NCBI GenBank assembly: GCA_958009085.1 | Contig: OY253684.1 | Span: 434,001-498,000 of the forward strand | Length of the DNA: 64,000 bases | Origin: Protoeuglena noctilucae | Lineage: Eukaryota | Direction of reading: 5' to 3' | Part shown: one piece after another, positions 24,956-38,165 of the stretch | How the letters are laid out: every line of letters begins with the position of its first letter | Position numbering within the stretch: position 1 is the first letter of the stretch | Translations under genes and position numbers: made by a program | Notes under the pieces: generated by a model | Seen by the model: the letters and a program-made list of their open reading frames with translations, nothing else | The model's database searches: none | Told to the model about the DNA's origin: nothing

Positions 24956-27270
24956 TCAGTCGTCCTCATCACGTTCTTCATCCTCGAAGTGCCCCTGCGC
25001 CGCCTGGCCTGTCGTGGCCAGCTCCTCGAGTTTGCTCATGTCGTATTCCTGGAGACTGACGATCCTCATGCGCTGCGGGGGCGGCCGGGGCGGGGAACTC
25101 GAAAACTGCGGCGCGGCACGAATAAATCCGCAACACGGAGCCCGCCCGACCCTCGCGCACCTCGATGTCGCTCGGGTTCGTGACGTTGAAGCAGTCAGGA
25201 ATCGACAGTCGCTCCTTGACCAACGACTCCTGGTCGATGAGGTCCTGCGAGAGCGGGGACAAGGTGCGGGCGCTTGGCGACACACAAAGGATAGTGAGAC
25301 TGCCAGTTGCATGGTAAAGCGGCGGCTCCAACAATATCGTCACCTGGTACTCCGAGAGGTACAGCAGCTTGGAGAAGAAGAGCCTCTGCGGGCACACACC
25401 GAGGCACGGATCGTCATCACAAGCGCATGTGTACGTGCCAGCCCCAGGTTAAGGCAATGCAGCGGCACCCCCAACGCGGCGCAGCAACGCACCTCGGTGG
25501 CCTTGCGCGCGATTCCCTCAGCCGTCATGCCCGACGTGCGAAACATAATGGGCCCCATCTTAGCCCGGATCCTCCGCGCCCTCTCCGCCAACGCCTCAGC
25601 CACCTGCTCGTCCGTCAGCTCCAACACATCGCGCAGGTGCACCATATCTCCGACCGCCTCCTCGTCGAACTGCCGCTCCTGCAGCATGTACCTGCACCAA
25701 GCAGCACCGCGTGGGGAACACTCACACAAGGTAATGCACACGCGCGTCATCTCTCCAGCACCATACTACGCGACAGCGGCACGCATCGCTCGGCATCTGC
25801 ACAATACTTCTACATAAGCCCTGCTGGCTCACGTGGGGACCAGCCTGTGCAGCACGGGGCAAGCCATGGCAACATACCCCTGCCACGCCTGCCCCTCACC
25901 AGAGATACTTCCGGAAAACCTCGGTGGACGTGTACCCCGTGCGGCGGCAGAGTCCCTTGGCGACGCCCTTGGTGAGCTTTTCGCGGTCGCCTGGCAAAAA
26001 GGCGGAGATGGCTTCGACCACCAGCTTGTTTTTGTTGACGGTCCGTGCGCGCTTTGACACTGGGGAGCTCCGCTTCAGGCCCACGCGGACCACGGCCACC
26101 AGGAACGTGATCGCGGCCACGGCGATGGCGGCACCCGTCCCCACGCGCACCATCTGCAACACACGGACACGCGATGGCAGCTGTCACAACAATGCAGAGC
26201 ACAAGGCACATTGAAGCAGATGCCAAGACGCGGAGCACGTTCTGCAGGCAGGATGCCGTGAGTCTGACAGTCCACTGCAGCACGCGGTACGCGCCTGTGG
26301 GCTGAGCTGGAACGCCGGCCCTGTCGACACCACCACCTCCGAAGGAATGGCATCCAGCGTCAGCTCTTCCTCGGCCTCCTTGACCCGCAAAGCTGCCGCT
26401 TTCTTCGTCTCTTTGCTCTTCCCCGACTCTGCGAGCCTCGGCGCGCCCGGTGGATGCGCTCTAGCTGTGCAGATTGCTGAGCTAAGACCCGCCCTGCGCT
26501 CATAGGCCCCTGTGGCTATCTGCAGCGAATGCCGATGCGGAAAACGCGCCATAGCCATTCACTCACTGGTCTTTTTGGCTGAAATGGGAGCCGCGTCGCG
26601 GTTCCCTGGCCTGTCCGCACCCTCCTTCTCACTGCTGCCGGCCTCCTCCGCGATCGAGGACGTCTGCGATGATGGAAGCAACTTTGACATGTGACAACGG
26701 TTTGACCTCGTTCCAGAGGAAGCCGCTATACTGCGGCGCGAGTCGCCAATCGCGGACGACGTGCGCCCCGCCACCGCACCTCGGCCAGCTCGTGCGAGCG
26801 CGGTCCTTCGGCCTCCACGACGTCGTCCTCGTCACTCCTGCGGTTGTGAGGACGTAGCGGGGAGGGAATCTCAGCCATCGCAGCCGTCCATCGCCGGCAG
26901 TCGCGCCGAGGAGCCAAGGTGGCCGCCACGCTTTATCTCCCGCAAAGGCCGTACCGCGCCCCTCCCAGGCCGCACTCCGGGCAAAGTAGAGACCTTTTCC
27001 TTGACAAAATATGCATCCAGGACAGCAATCGCCCCCTCTGTGAGCGAGGCGCGCTCACCACTGGTCGGGGCCGGCATCGTCCTCCCCCCCGGACAAGGCG
27101 CGGGGCGGCGCAGGCGACGTTCGGCGAATCTCCCGCGTCAGGAGGACTCGCCCTCCCCGCGCCAGTTGCTCCCGGGCGAGGAAACGAGTGGCGGGCGCCC
27201 CAGGAATCATCGCCGGCCTCGGCATGGAGCTGCACGGCCCCACCGCCTGAGACAAAACCATGGACGGCAT
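24956..27270 (-). CDS. Conserved green-lineage plastid protein with one TM helix and armadillo-like helical repeats
   Basis: The first exon resembles a transit peptide (MPSMVLSQ...). TM segment AAIAVAAITFLVAVV is followed by RARTVNKNKLVVEAI, TGYTSTEVFRKYLWY, LTDEQVAEALAERARRI and FFSKLLYLSE, a pattern recalled from plant and algal uncharacterised proteins. Confidence 0.7.
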
Positions 27271-27608
27271 GTCCCAACTTTGATGTTGTTCAAGAGGTCC
27301 TGCGGGCCGCTATATAGAGGAAGCGGGCGGCCGATAATAACGCAAACGCGAGATGTGTGCCTCCCGTGTCCTCTCTGTGTCGCGACCGGCGCACTCAGAT
27401 TGCCGCTGATGTGACCTACGTGCAATTCACATGCGGTTTTGATCCGGCAGCTGTGCTTCAGGCTTCAAGGCTCGGGCAGCGAGGCCGCGCCAGAGCTGCG
27501 CAAGATCGGCAACGCGGTGCTGCTCATGCACGAAACGTGGTTCGTTGCCATGCCGCGCACTGTCGTCGTCGCCACGTAAAGGCTCCAGGAAGCCCCTCGA
27601 GGGGTCCA

Positions 27609-28881
27609 TCAACAGACGTCCTCGGTGAAGCAGTGCCGCGAGAGCTGCTTGCTCATGTGAAACATGTTCAAGCGGCCCGCGGCCGTTCCCTGCACGCGAG
27701 AGCCCGAGGCAGCTGGTGACCTCCAAGCCGCGGCCACAGCCTCCCCACGTTCGCTGCGATGCGCCACTGCACGAATTGCACGCCTAGCGCGCATCGCACC
27801 ACCCGCTCGCCATCCACAACTTGCCTTGAATATCTTGGACAGTTTCTCGTCCAGAATGATCTTCCTGCGATCCTTGGGGTCCTGCAGGTTGTGCTTCTTG
27901 ATGTACTCCCATATCTTCTTGACCACGAGCTTCCGGTTCATGCTCTCCACCCCAAGGAACTCCTGCATCTCCGCGCTGAGGATGCTGCCGAAACGGTTGG
28001 CCCAGCGCGACTGGTGCGTGCTCCTCCTCCTTTCCTTCGCACCGTCGTCCTCGTCGCCTGCGCCCACGACCGACAGCACATCGCGACATCACGTCGTCGC
28101 GTGCCGGGCGGAGGGGGATCCGCGGTCACAAACGGCGCGCGCGCACGCGCTGCACGTGCCTTCCGCGTCCTCATCTCCCTCCCCCTCCTCCTCCTCCCCC
28201 TCCTCCTCATCCCCCTCCTGCTCGTCCCCTGAGCCGCTGGCAAGGATCTCGTCCACCACGCTCTTCAGCCAGCTCTTGCGGTCCTTCAGAGACACTGCGG
28301 GCGTGACATGGTTCTTGCACTCGCCATGTCACTGATATCGACGGCGCGCCCGCTCAGACTCGGGTCGCATTCGGCCCTTCAAGAGCCCATGCACACATAT
28401 GTAGGGCAGCGCATCCGCCACGCTGCCGGAGGCGGCACGCACCGTTGAATTCGGACTCCAGCATATTCCGTACTTTCTTGACCGTCAGCTCGTCCTTGTT
28501 GCTCGAAGAGATGATCTCCTCCACGCGCTTGCGCAGGACGTCGTCGCTCACATTCTCCGAATCCACCTTGGGCTTCTGCGCAGCGGCTCCGGTCTCGATG
28601 TGATCGGATTCGAGGTCGGCAGCAAGCGCGAACCGCGGCATCCCTAGCCGCGCTCTACGCACCTTGGTTTCCGGACCAGCACCCCCGCCCTTCTTCGCGT
28701 CCACCCCGCCCTCGGGCTCATGCGCCGGGTCCCTCTCGCGCTTCTTCGACTCGTCACCGGCGCCATCGCCACCCTTTGCCTGAGCATCGGCATCTCCGCC
28801 CGCCGCTACCTTGCCGCGCTCATCCGGAGGTGCGTCCCCCCGCGCCGCGCCAGCAGGCGCAGGTGCGGCCTTGTCAGGCAT
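27609..28881 (-). CDS. DEK-C plus SWIB/MDM2 domain chromatin protein (UAF30/TRI1-like)
   Basis: DEK-C: LRKRVEEIISSSNKDELTVKKVRNMLESEF...SLKDRKSWLKSVVDEIL. SWIB: LSAEMQEFLGVESMNRKLVVKKIWEYIKKHNLQDPKDRRKIILDEKLSKIF...NMFHMSKQLSRH. Confidence 0.9.
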
Positions 28882-29214
28882 CCGCTGTCTATGAGCAGAG
28901 CCACGGCAACAATCAGGCACAGGGAATTGCTGATGCTGAAGCAGCCAGAAGCTGGGTGGCCAAGAGAGAGCCTGATATAGAGGGGGAAGCCGCGCCAGCG
29001 GAATGACATTATGACAGGAGCGTAATGTGCTCACGGGCAGACAGCGCCACGCCCTGCCGGGGCCGCGGTGCCAGTGAGTGCCATGACGCGCACGGGGATT
29101 GGGCTGGCAGGCGCGATTGATGATGTACATTCCAGCTCTGCGTGCGGCGATTGAGCTCGATTGCTGTCCTGAACACCTGGCTCGCAAAGCTCGATCGGCC
29201 TTGTCGTTGGCGCG

Positions 29215-32097
29215 ATGGCCCCCAGGGCCACTCGGCGCGCCGGGGGCCAGGTGAGGGCTGATTGCCGTGATTGCGAACGACTTGACTATGGGAAAGCTCC
29301 GGCAATGCCCAGGGGACTCCCCGAGCCCCTTCACTCTTCGGGGCGGGTGCCGGCAGAGGGGACGTGCCCGCCGTCCCCCCGCGCGGCGCGCACGCGCCGC
29401 ACTGCCGTTCCGACCACTCGATGCATTTGCTTGCTTTCGCATACGCGGATGTCGCGCCTCGCTGGATTGACTGATGCCGCGAATGGCCTGCTTGGGCGCA
29501 CATGTGTCCCCGTAACAACGCAGGTGGCGGGACCCGCCGCGGCCGCCCAGGCCCCCGCGAATGACATCGATCGCGCGGATGAGGACGGCGATGTCACTTA
29601 CATTGTTGGACGCGGCGATGGGAGTGACACGCGCGACACGGACGGCCTGCGCGCCGACCACAAGGTGCGCCGTGGCGGCAACGGCCCCGCCGCGCGTGCG
29701 CGTCGTGAGGCGGGCCGCGCACCTGTCCTCGTGTCCTTCGCATACAGAGCCGCATTCAGTGGGCCAAAGAACAGATGGAGAAGGCCTACCGCGTCGAGGC
29801 GGGCCTGGAGCCTGCCGCCAAGAGCAAGCCGCGCGCCCCGAGCGCCGCTCGCAAGGAGAAGACCAAGCACGACATGGTGCGGCACGTTATGACATGCTTT
29901 CATCCCTGGCTTGGTTGGCTTTGCTATCCGATGCTCGCCGGCGCGCAAACCAGGTCGGCGTGATCACCGACCAGCACTCGGTGCAGGCACGAGCTCAGCG
30001 CGCCCGCCGCCGCGTGACCCCCGCAGCTGACCGCCGGAGAGGCTGTGGCGGCGGAGAACGATGCGTTGATGACGGACATCATGTCGCAGGTCGAGCAGGA
30101 GAGACTGGAGCGCATGCGGCGCAACCGGGCCGTGATGGCAGAGGTGCGGGATGGGTGCAGTGTGGGTTTGGGGCAGGCACTGTGTGACGGAAGCTCCCTT
30201 GTCACACATCTGGTGCTTCGCAGTGACAGCATCGTTCCTCTACCAACCCTTCCAATCCAAACAACTGGCACCTCGTTGCATCGCTCCCCACGGTCTCTCC
30301 TCCACACAGATGGGTCTCTTGGAGGCGGCGGCGGACCTGCGGGGCGCGGTGGAGGCGGAGAAGAAAGAGCGGTCGGCGGCACGCAAGCAGCGCGCCACGG
30401 ATGCAGCGGCTGAGGTGGCAGATCCGGAGCGTCGGTCGTCCCGTGCCAAGAAGGCCGTGGAGCGCCTGGGGGAGTTCGCGACGGGTGAGGTGGCTGGGAT
30501 GCGCCAGTGGTAGGGACAGGAGGGAATGGTTTGTGGTAACTTGCTGGGGAGTTGGCGATAGGTTAGCTGGTGGGCTAGGTCACTCCCACGCATGCCAACT
30601 AGCACACACACCTCTCTGCAACACCCCCACACCTCTCCGCTCTGCTCTCCTCGCAGGCAACGAGCCCCTGGTGGGCGAGAAGCAGCCGGGCAGCTCGAGC
30701 AAGTGTGCGGTGTTTGGCGAGGTCGAGGGCATCAAGCCGGGTCACCTGTGGCTGTCCCGGGTGCGGGCGTCTCAGGACGGCGTGCACGGTCCCTGGGTGG
30801 GGGGCATCCACGGGCCGCCCAGCGTGGGGGCCTATTCGGTCGTGCTCAGCGGGGGGTACGAGGTGAGAGATGGGTTGGCGGCGATTGCGAGTGAGCGGTG
30901 GGGCTCACTAAGCGGTGATCGTGGGAGTGACCGTGATTGTCACTCTTTTATCCACCCCTTGCCTCGCTGCCCCATTCCCCGGGACGACCTGGACCGTCAC
31001 TCTGTCGTTGTCTCTTTGATGTCTCTTTCATCACCATCACCACCCCTCTCTTACTCCACCCCCCCAGGACGACCTCGACCGTGGCGCGGACTTCACCTAC
31101 ACCGGCTCCGGTGGCCGCGACCTGAGCGGCAACAAGCGCACGGCCCCGCAGTCACGGGACCAGGAGCTGCAGGGGTCCAATCTGGCGCTGGCCGTCAGCA
31201 TGTGGCGCAAGCTGCCCATCCGCGTGGTGCGCGGGTACAAGTGCGACGCCAGATACGCGCCCAAGGCGAGGATGGGGGGGGTTGGGGTGACGCGTGTTGA
31301 TGTGTTGCATCGATGCTTGGCACCTGATGCGGGGATGGGTGTGGATGAAGCGAGACGTCGATCGCTGCAGGATGGCTGTCGTTGTCATGACAATCGATGT
31401 CAACCGTGTCGAACTCAAATGACTTGTGCGTTCTCTGCAGGAGGGCTACCGTTACGACGGTCTGTACCAGGTGGTGGACATGTGGCCGGAGATCGGCAAG
31501 AGCGGCTTCGTCATCTGGCGGTACCACTTCCGGCGGTCGGAGGGGCAGGGGCCGGCGCCCTGGGAGGAGGCGGCGTGGAGGGTCAAGGAGGCCAAGAAGG
31601 TGGGGGTGGGGGTGGTGCATTGGTTGGGGTGAGGGTGGTGCATTGGTTGTGTGTGTGGGGATCGAGGAGGCAAAGAGGGTGAGGGTGGAGGTGGGGGTGG
31701 CGACGTGGTATGTGGGGTGGTGCGTTGTTTGTGTGAGGCTTGATAGGCCGCTGGTGCGAATGTGAAGGCGCTCAGCATGTCTGCATATCATCAACAAGTC
31801 GCACCGCCACGCCGCCCCGAGACTCGTAACTGTGATCTCAATATCAGTATCATCACACCCTCCCATTCCCAGATCGAGGAGTTGAAGGCGGAGAACGGGG
31901 ACGCCCCGCTGATCCCCAAGGGAACTGGGACCATGGCACTGGCGATGCGGAGGAGGGCAAAGGAGGCGAAGGTAGGGGCGAAGAGGGGCGGGAAGAGGGC
32001 GAGGGTGGTGGAGGAGGAGCAGGGAGAGGGGGCGGGGGTTGCGGTGGGGACGAGGAGCGGGGCGGGGAGGAGCAGGCGTCAGCGGGTGGTGGCGTGA
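29215..32097 (+). CDS. SRA/YDG methyl-DNA-binding domain protein, UHRF1/VIM-type SRA with no visible RING, PHD or SET
   Basis: [90 protein letters not shown]. About 10 exons from ATG 29215 to TGA 32095-32097. Confidence 0.9.
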
Positions 32098-32261
32098 GGG
32101 GTTGGGTGGGGCGAGGAGCGTGGGGGATAGGGAACGAGAAAGCGAGTGGTGGCATGAGTGGTAAGAGGGCAATAATCAGGGTACCACATGCGCTGGTCTT
32201 TGGGGCAAGGGAGGGAATCGAGAGGAACAGATGGGGCCTGTTTGGATAAGGCCGGATAACC

Positions 32262-32266
32262 TGTAA
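32262..32266 (+). promoter_or_regulatory. Candidate chlorophyte polyadenylation signal TGTAA (SRA gene 3' UTR)
   Basis: TGTAA about 165 nt after the SRA stop. UGUAA is the established near-upstream element in Chlamydomonas-type algae. Confidence 0.35.
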
Positions 32267-32639
32267 GCTGATGAGGATAAGTCGATAAGATGTCTAAGGG
32301 TAAGCTTTGGGTCCTCGCTACCCAGCAGGCAGAAGCCGTAACCCAGCTGCTAAGTGCGATGATGCTTACTAGTGCTGCGGATGACAGATACGCTCGCCAT
32401 GCTTAAATGGCAGTGATCCTCATCGTTTGCTATCGGCCAGCGCCTCGGTCACATTCGATAGCGAAATTCACCGAAAGCGCCGTGGTTTTGATTTTTAACA
32501 GCTGCTGCTTTGGAGAGGCCGACGTCTGGCGCTCAACTGTGTAATCACATATCACACCCCTCCGACCAGCCAAGATACACAACACGAACACGCCCACTCC
32601 TCTCAGTCGCAATCAACCCATCCCCACCCGCCTAACCCG

Positions 32640-35600
32640 TCAGAACGGCCGGGGTGCGGCGGTGGTGGCGGCGGCCGTGGTGGTGGAGACCACCGTGGGC
32701 TCATAGGTGGGACCCACGAACCTGGCCGGCCCCGCCGCGACCGCCCCCCGCGGCCCAGCGACTGCCCCGGTGGGTGCGGCACGCTGCCCCGGCACCACTG
32801 GCATGAGGTCGCCTGCCGCGCGTCGCCCGTACGCCGGGCGCTGGTACGTGTGGGACCACACGGCCTGGGGTGGTGGGGAGGGGGGGGTTGTTTAGAGAAG
32901 GTGGAGGAGGTGGGGCTGTAGAGTAACAGAGCAATGGGGGGCAGCTGACCAAGTAAGAAGGGGCTCACGCTTACTCACCCCAACATGCGACTCCATTGCC
33001 CCGCTTACACGCCTATTCTCACTCACCCTGGCGTGCTGCTCCACGTCCTTGGACCTCACGTCCTCGAACGCCGCCCCCGGCCGCCGCTGCACCATTGCAG
33101 CGCCGTCGTTGGCCCAGAGGGGGTTGGCGCCCGCCGGGCGCTGCTGGGGCTGGCCCAGGGTGGGGGCGCCCGCGGCGGGGAGGTCCTCGGGGCGGGCTGC
33201 GAGAAGGGGACAAGGAGGGTGAGGGCAGTGAGCGAGGGCGGGGCGCAACCCGCCGAGCACCAGCAGCAGTGCAAGCTACCCAAGGAACCACGCACAGTCA
33301 GCGCCAGCGTCCGCACATCATCGCCAACTGCCCTCCCCATGTACATCACCTCCGCTGCTCTCCCATCTAACCTCCAACCCCCTTACTCGCCTCTCATGCG
33401 CCCGCTGCTCGGCCGCATAACCCCCTCGTCGTCCTGGTCATACCGCAGCGCACCCATCACGCCATCCGCCCCACGCAGGTGCGTAGGCACACCCGCGGGC
33501 ACGCCCCCCTCCGGCCGCGCCCGCGCCACCTCCCTCTCCCGCACGCCCCACCCGTCCCCCGCGCCGCCCATCGGCAGCGGCGGGCCCTCGGAGTGTCGCT
33601 TCGCCATTGCCCCCATCGGCTGCCTGTCCAGGTCCAATCCCCGCATCTGGCGCTGTGCAGCGTCCAAGCCGGGAACAGGGCCCCTCCCCTGTCCCTGCCC
33701 CTGTGCTTGCGCCAGGTATTGGTCTCGGGGTGGGGTGCCGTTGCGCTGCCCCGGGGACACGAACCGGCGCTGCTCGGCGGGGGATAGGGCGCCTGTAGGG
33801 GCAGGGGAAAAGGGGCGGGGTGTCGTGGATAGAGGGTGGTGAGTGGGGGTGGGAGAGGAGGGGGCGGTGGTAGATGGAGGGTGGTAGGTGGGGGCGGATG
33901 AGGGGGTGGAGAAGGAGATGATATGAGAGCGCGCACTGTAGCAAGATACCTAACGCCTGCAACATTTACAACCCCATTCGACCGCCCTCACCCTGCCCCG
34001 GCACCTCCACCACCCCCACGGCCCCGTCCCACTTCTGCACCAATCGGTCGGCCCCTACCCCACCCCCCTGCCGGTCCATCCGAGCCCTGTCCAGGTCATA
34101 CCCATCGCGAGTCTCGTCGTATCGATCCGAGTAATCGTGCTTCCTCCCATCCGCCCCCGCCCCCGCCTGCCTGGCACCACCCTGCCCCGCGTTGGCTTGG
34201 GCGTGGGCGCGGATGTAAGGGTCCGTGTCCCCCAGCTCCGGGGGCAGCCCCCGCGGCTGCGGCTTGTCCGGGGGGCTGATCGCGAGGTCGATGTTCAGCT
34301 CCCGGGCTTTGGTGCGGAGGGCGGGGAAGGCGAGGAGCGCGGTGGTGTCCGGGCGTTGGTCCGGCTGGTAGGTCAGGCACAGGCGCAGGACGTCGCTGCG
34401 TCGGGTTGGGAGGGAACGCAGTTAGTCATAGTCATTTGAGTGGCGTGGTGAGACGTGTCATGGCAAGCTAAGCGCCTGTGCCGAGGCCCCAGCATGAGTG
34501 CCAACCCCAGCGCCCCTCACCGCATCACAGCTGTTAAACAGACCACAGCCGGTAACAACCATGCCAAAGCATCCCTCACCGTATCGCAGGTGAGAAGGTG
34601 GCGGGTACAGGGTCATACTGGCCCCGTATGATCTTGCGGATCAATGCGCCCTCCGATTGGGCCTCGAAGGGGTGGCGGCCCGTCATCATCTCATACAGCA
34701 CCACCCTGGGGGTGCGAGGGGGGCAGGGGGGCTGGTGGTGGTGCACTGGGATGTGAGCCGACAGCGCTTCCGCAAGGGGTCAGATAGGGTAAGTGGGATT
34801 TGAGCCAGCGGGCGCAACGAGGGGCAGCGCGGCGTACACAAGCTGACCGAGAAGCCACGGGCATAAGCTATAGCACCTCTCCACCCCTCCCGCCGCATGC
34901 TCACCCGAGTGCCCAGACATCGCTCTTGACGTTGTAGGGCTTGTCCTCGCAGAGCTCCGGGCTGAGGTAGTACGGCGTACCGACGAGCGTGCGCGCGAAG
35001 CTGGAGCGGTTGGAGAGCGGCCGAGCGATGCCCAGGTCGCCCACCTGCAAAAAAGTACTGCAAAAAAGTACTGCAAAAAAGTACTAGTGTTGCACTTCGT
35101 TAAACCCATGCATGCAGGGCGCTGGTCCCGGGACGCACCCGAGCAGCTGCATGCGCATAATATGTATCGATCCATGCGATTGCGGACTCGCCTTGACGTT
35201 GCCGCGGCCGTCCAGGAACAAATTCAGCGTCTTGATGTCCCGGTGGATGATCTTGCGCGCGTGGATGTGCGCCAGGCCCGCGAGCGCCTGAATGAACAGC
35301 GTCCATATCTGAGGCTCCGGGAGTCCCTGCGGTTGGCGCGAGAAGCGGCGCGGAGTCGGGCCGCGGGAGCGCACCGCCACGGCTGTAACAACCAGGCTCG
35401 CCGCGCTCACAGGGCCGCGCGGAATCCCCCAAAGATCGCAGCGAACGCGTCTCACCCTCCCGGCCCCACTTTTGCGGATGAGGGTGTGGAGGGTGCCCCC
35501 CGCGGCGTACTCCATCACGATGTTCAGCATCGCGTCCTCCACGAACGCGTCGTAGTAGCGGACGATGCAGGGGTGGTCCAGGCGGCTGAGAAGGCGCGCC

Positions 35601-36103
35601 TCATCGATGGCCTCCTCCCGCTGCGGACAGGGGCGCCGCGGGCGCTCCCGGACGGCGGCTAATTTTGTCCACGGGGCGCGCCCTTTTCGGGGCCAGCCCG
35701 CGCGCCGCACAATCGCGGAAGGGGCTCACCTCCAGCCGGTTCATCCCCTCGAGATCGACCTGCTTGAGCGCGAACACCGTCCCGTCCGACAGGCGCGTCG
35801 CGTGGTACACGCGCCCAAACTCGCCCTTGCTAATCACCCCGTCCAGCCGGAAGGCGCTCTGCGGAGCGCGAAGTGCGAATGTGGTTCTGATATCGATGAG
35901 TGCGCCGATGAACCCCGCGCTCGGCCGGGAGCCACACGGCCGCGACGGAGAGGTACGCAACGCAGCACTGTGCACGTGTTCGCCCGCACCAGGCGCGGCC
36001 CGACCGCCACGCGGCCCCCATCAGACGCCTTGCGCTCCCCCACCACCGCCGCGTTTGCCCGAACACCGTCGCCCACGCCGGGCACCCCCCGGGGCCCTGC
36101 CAT
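32640..36103 (-). CDS. NIMA-related (NEK) Ser/Thr kinase, FA2/CNK-like
   Basis: [109 protein letters not shown]; low-complexity C-terminal tail. Confidence 0.92.
35045..35083 (-). repeat. Perfect 13-bp tandem triplication (TACTTTTTTGCAG)x3 at a NEK intron acceptor
   Basis: Forward ctgcaaaaaagta three times, immediately adjacent to the VGDLG exon. Confidence 0.9.
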
Positions 36104-36449
36104 CACGGGCGTTGTTTCTTTTTGGAACTCAGGGAATTTCAAAGCTCCTTTACCAACAGCTGGCTCCTGTGTATCCACAAAAGATGCCGCGGGTGCGTCC
36201 GCGGGCGTCCGCTTCCGCATTTTGCCGAGTCAGGGGACATGACCGGGCGGCCTGGCGTGCCGCAGCGACTGCTGGCATCTCCCGCAGCCTTCGCGCCGTT
36301 TCGCCATCTGCACGCCGTAAAATTAAAACTAAAGTGAAGCCTGCGACGGTGCTGAGGCGTTCTTGCCGCCTGGAAACGCGCCACGCCTCGGACGGCGTCG
36401 TGGTGGGGACGTGCAAGGCGCGAAGGCCGCATAAGTCGACGGAAGGGCC

Positions 36450-37994
36450 ATGCCGTGGTTTTACTGCGATGCCTGCGGCGACTCGGTCAAGAAACCGAAG
36501 ATACCGCAGCACCTCCAGACGTGCGGGGGCTGGAAGTACACGTGCATCGACTGCTCGCAAACTTTCGACGGCGACAGGTGTTTCGCGGGGCAGGATGTAG
36601 TGAAACATAACTTTGCGGTGCCTGCTGTATAGCTCCGGCAGAGTCGCGGGCTGCAGGCCGCCCGCCGCTGCGTGGAACGTGCCGGACCCGGCGGCTGCTT
36701 GGACGCGCCGCGCCCGTGCCGCGCCCGCAGCGTCAAGAATCACGTCCAGTGCGTGACGGAGCATGAGAAGTACGCCCAGGGCGCCACGAAGCCGGGAGGA
36801 TTTGCGGAGAAGGGATTCACGGGGAAGGCGGGGGCCGGCGGCAGGGGCAGCAACGAGGTCGTCGGTGATTGCCGCTGCTGAGCCCGTGCCGCGTGACTGT
36901 GCGATGCCTGCGGGTGTCACCTTCTTCAATCGCTCGCTTGCTGCGCGATATCATTCACTTATTGCACGCATGTGCGCCCCGACCGACCGGTGCTGGGGTC
37001 TCTTGCATCTACGACCCTCATCCGCCCTGCCTGATGACTCTCTCGCAGGCCTGGAGTACCTGGACCGCGGCAAGCTCCGCTGCACGCTGTGCGACGTGAA
37101 GTGCACCTCATGGGAGACGCTTGAAACGCACGGGAGGGGCGCCAAGCACGTGCGGCGAGCGCGGGCGGCAGCGAGGTGAGGGTTTGCGAGACATGGGGCC
37201 TGGCAGAACCAGGTATGTGCTGAGCTTTCACCTGGTGGGATGTGAATAGGCAAGAAGGCACGGGAGCACGACGCGCGTTTGGATGTTGCGTGCTGTGACG
37301 TGCTGTGATGTGTTGGCTGTCTCTCAGGGCCAAGGGCGAGGCGAACGGGGATGCAGATGCGGATGCTTCCAAGTCCAAGAAGGAGGGACACGAGGGTGGG
37401 GAGGGCAAGGACACCAGTGGGGCGGATGCTGGGGGGGACAAGAAGACGAGCAAGGGCGAGAAGGGCAAGAGCAGGAGGGGCGATGGGGATGGGGATGAGG
37501 AGGCTGGGGATGCGGGCAAGAAGAAGAGCAAGAGCGAGAAGGGCAAGAGGGACGATGGGGATGGGAATAAGGATGGGGAGGCTGCGGGTGGGGGCGAGGG
37601 GAAGAGCAAGAAGAGGAGCAAGGGCGAGAAGAGGGGCGATGACGATGGGAACGGGGATGCTGGGGATGCGGGGGAGAAGAAGGGCAAGAAGAAGAGCAAG
37701 AGGGAGAAAAGTGGCGATGGGGACGACGGGGGTGCAGGGGAGGGGAAGAGTGCAAAGAAGAGCAAGAAGGCTGCTAAGGGGGAGGCGGAGGAGAGCGCGA
37801 GGAAGCAAGAGGAAGGCGAGGGCGCGGAGAACGGGGCGGAAAAGAAGAAGAGTCGCAAGAGCGAGGGTGGGGAGGCGAAGGGTGGGGAGGGGGAGGGGAA
37901 GAAGAGGCGGGCGAGCGAGGCGGCTGACGGGGAGGTGGAGGATGGGAAGAAGAAGAAGAAGAAGGACAAGAAGAAGAAGGAGGCCGACGCTTGA
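36450..37994 (+). CDS. LYAR: LYAR-type C2HC zinc-finger nucleolar protein with a Lys/Gly/Asp-rich repetitive tail
   Basis: MPWFYCDACGDSVKKPKIPQHLQTC...TCIDCSQTFD...VKNHVQCVTEHEKYAQG; second finger CTLCDVKCTSWETLETHGRGAKH; internal repeats KKKSKGEK...DGDG (about 37440-37760). Confidence 0.88.
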
Positions 37995-38165
37995 CGCTTG
38001 TCGGAATGTGATGTGCGTGCTGCAGTCTTGCAGGCCTGCGTTTAGGGTGTGAAATGAACCACAACTCCAGCTCATCTCGTAGAACCGGCTGCCGTGGTAA
38101 GAGGCTGGGCACACCCTTGCGCAATCACCGAGAGCCTGCAGCGACCGCCTGCTGAGCCGCGCAGC

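Noticed and set aside
32424..32466. Imperfect hairpin (tttgctatcg/cgatagcgaa) as a possible ncRNA
   Set aside because: Short stem with no convincing snoRNA or snRNA box set.
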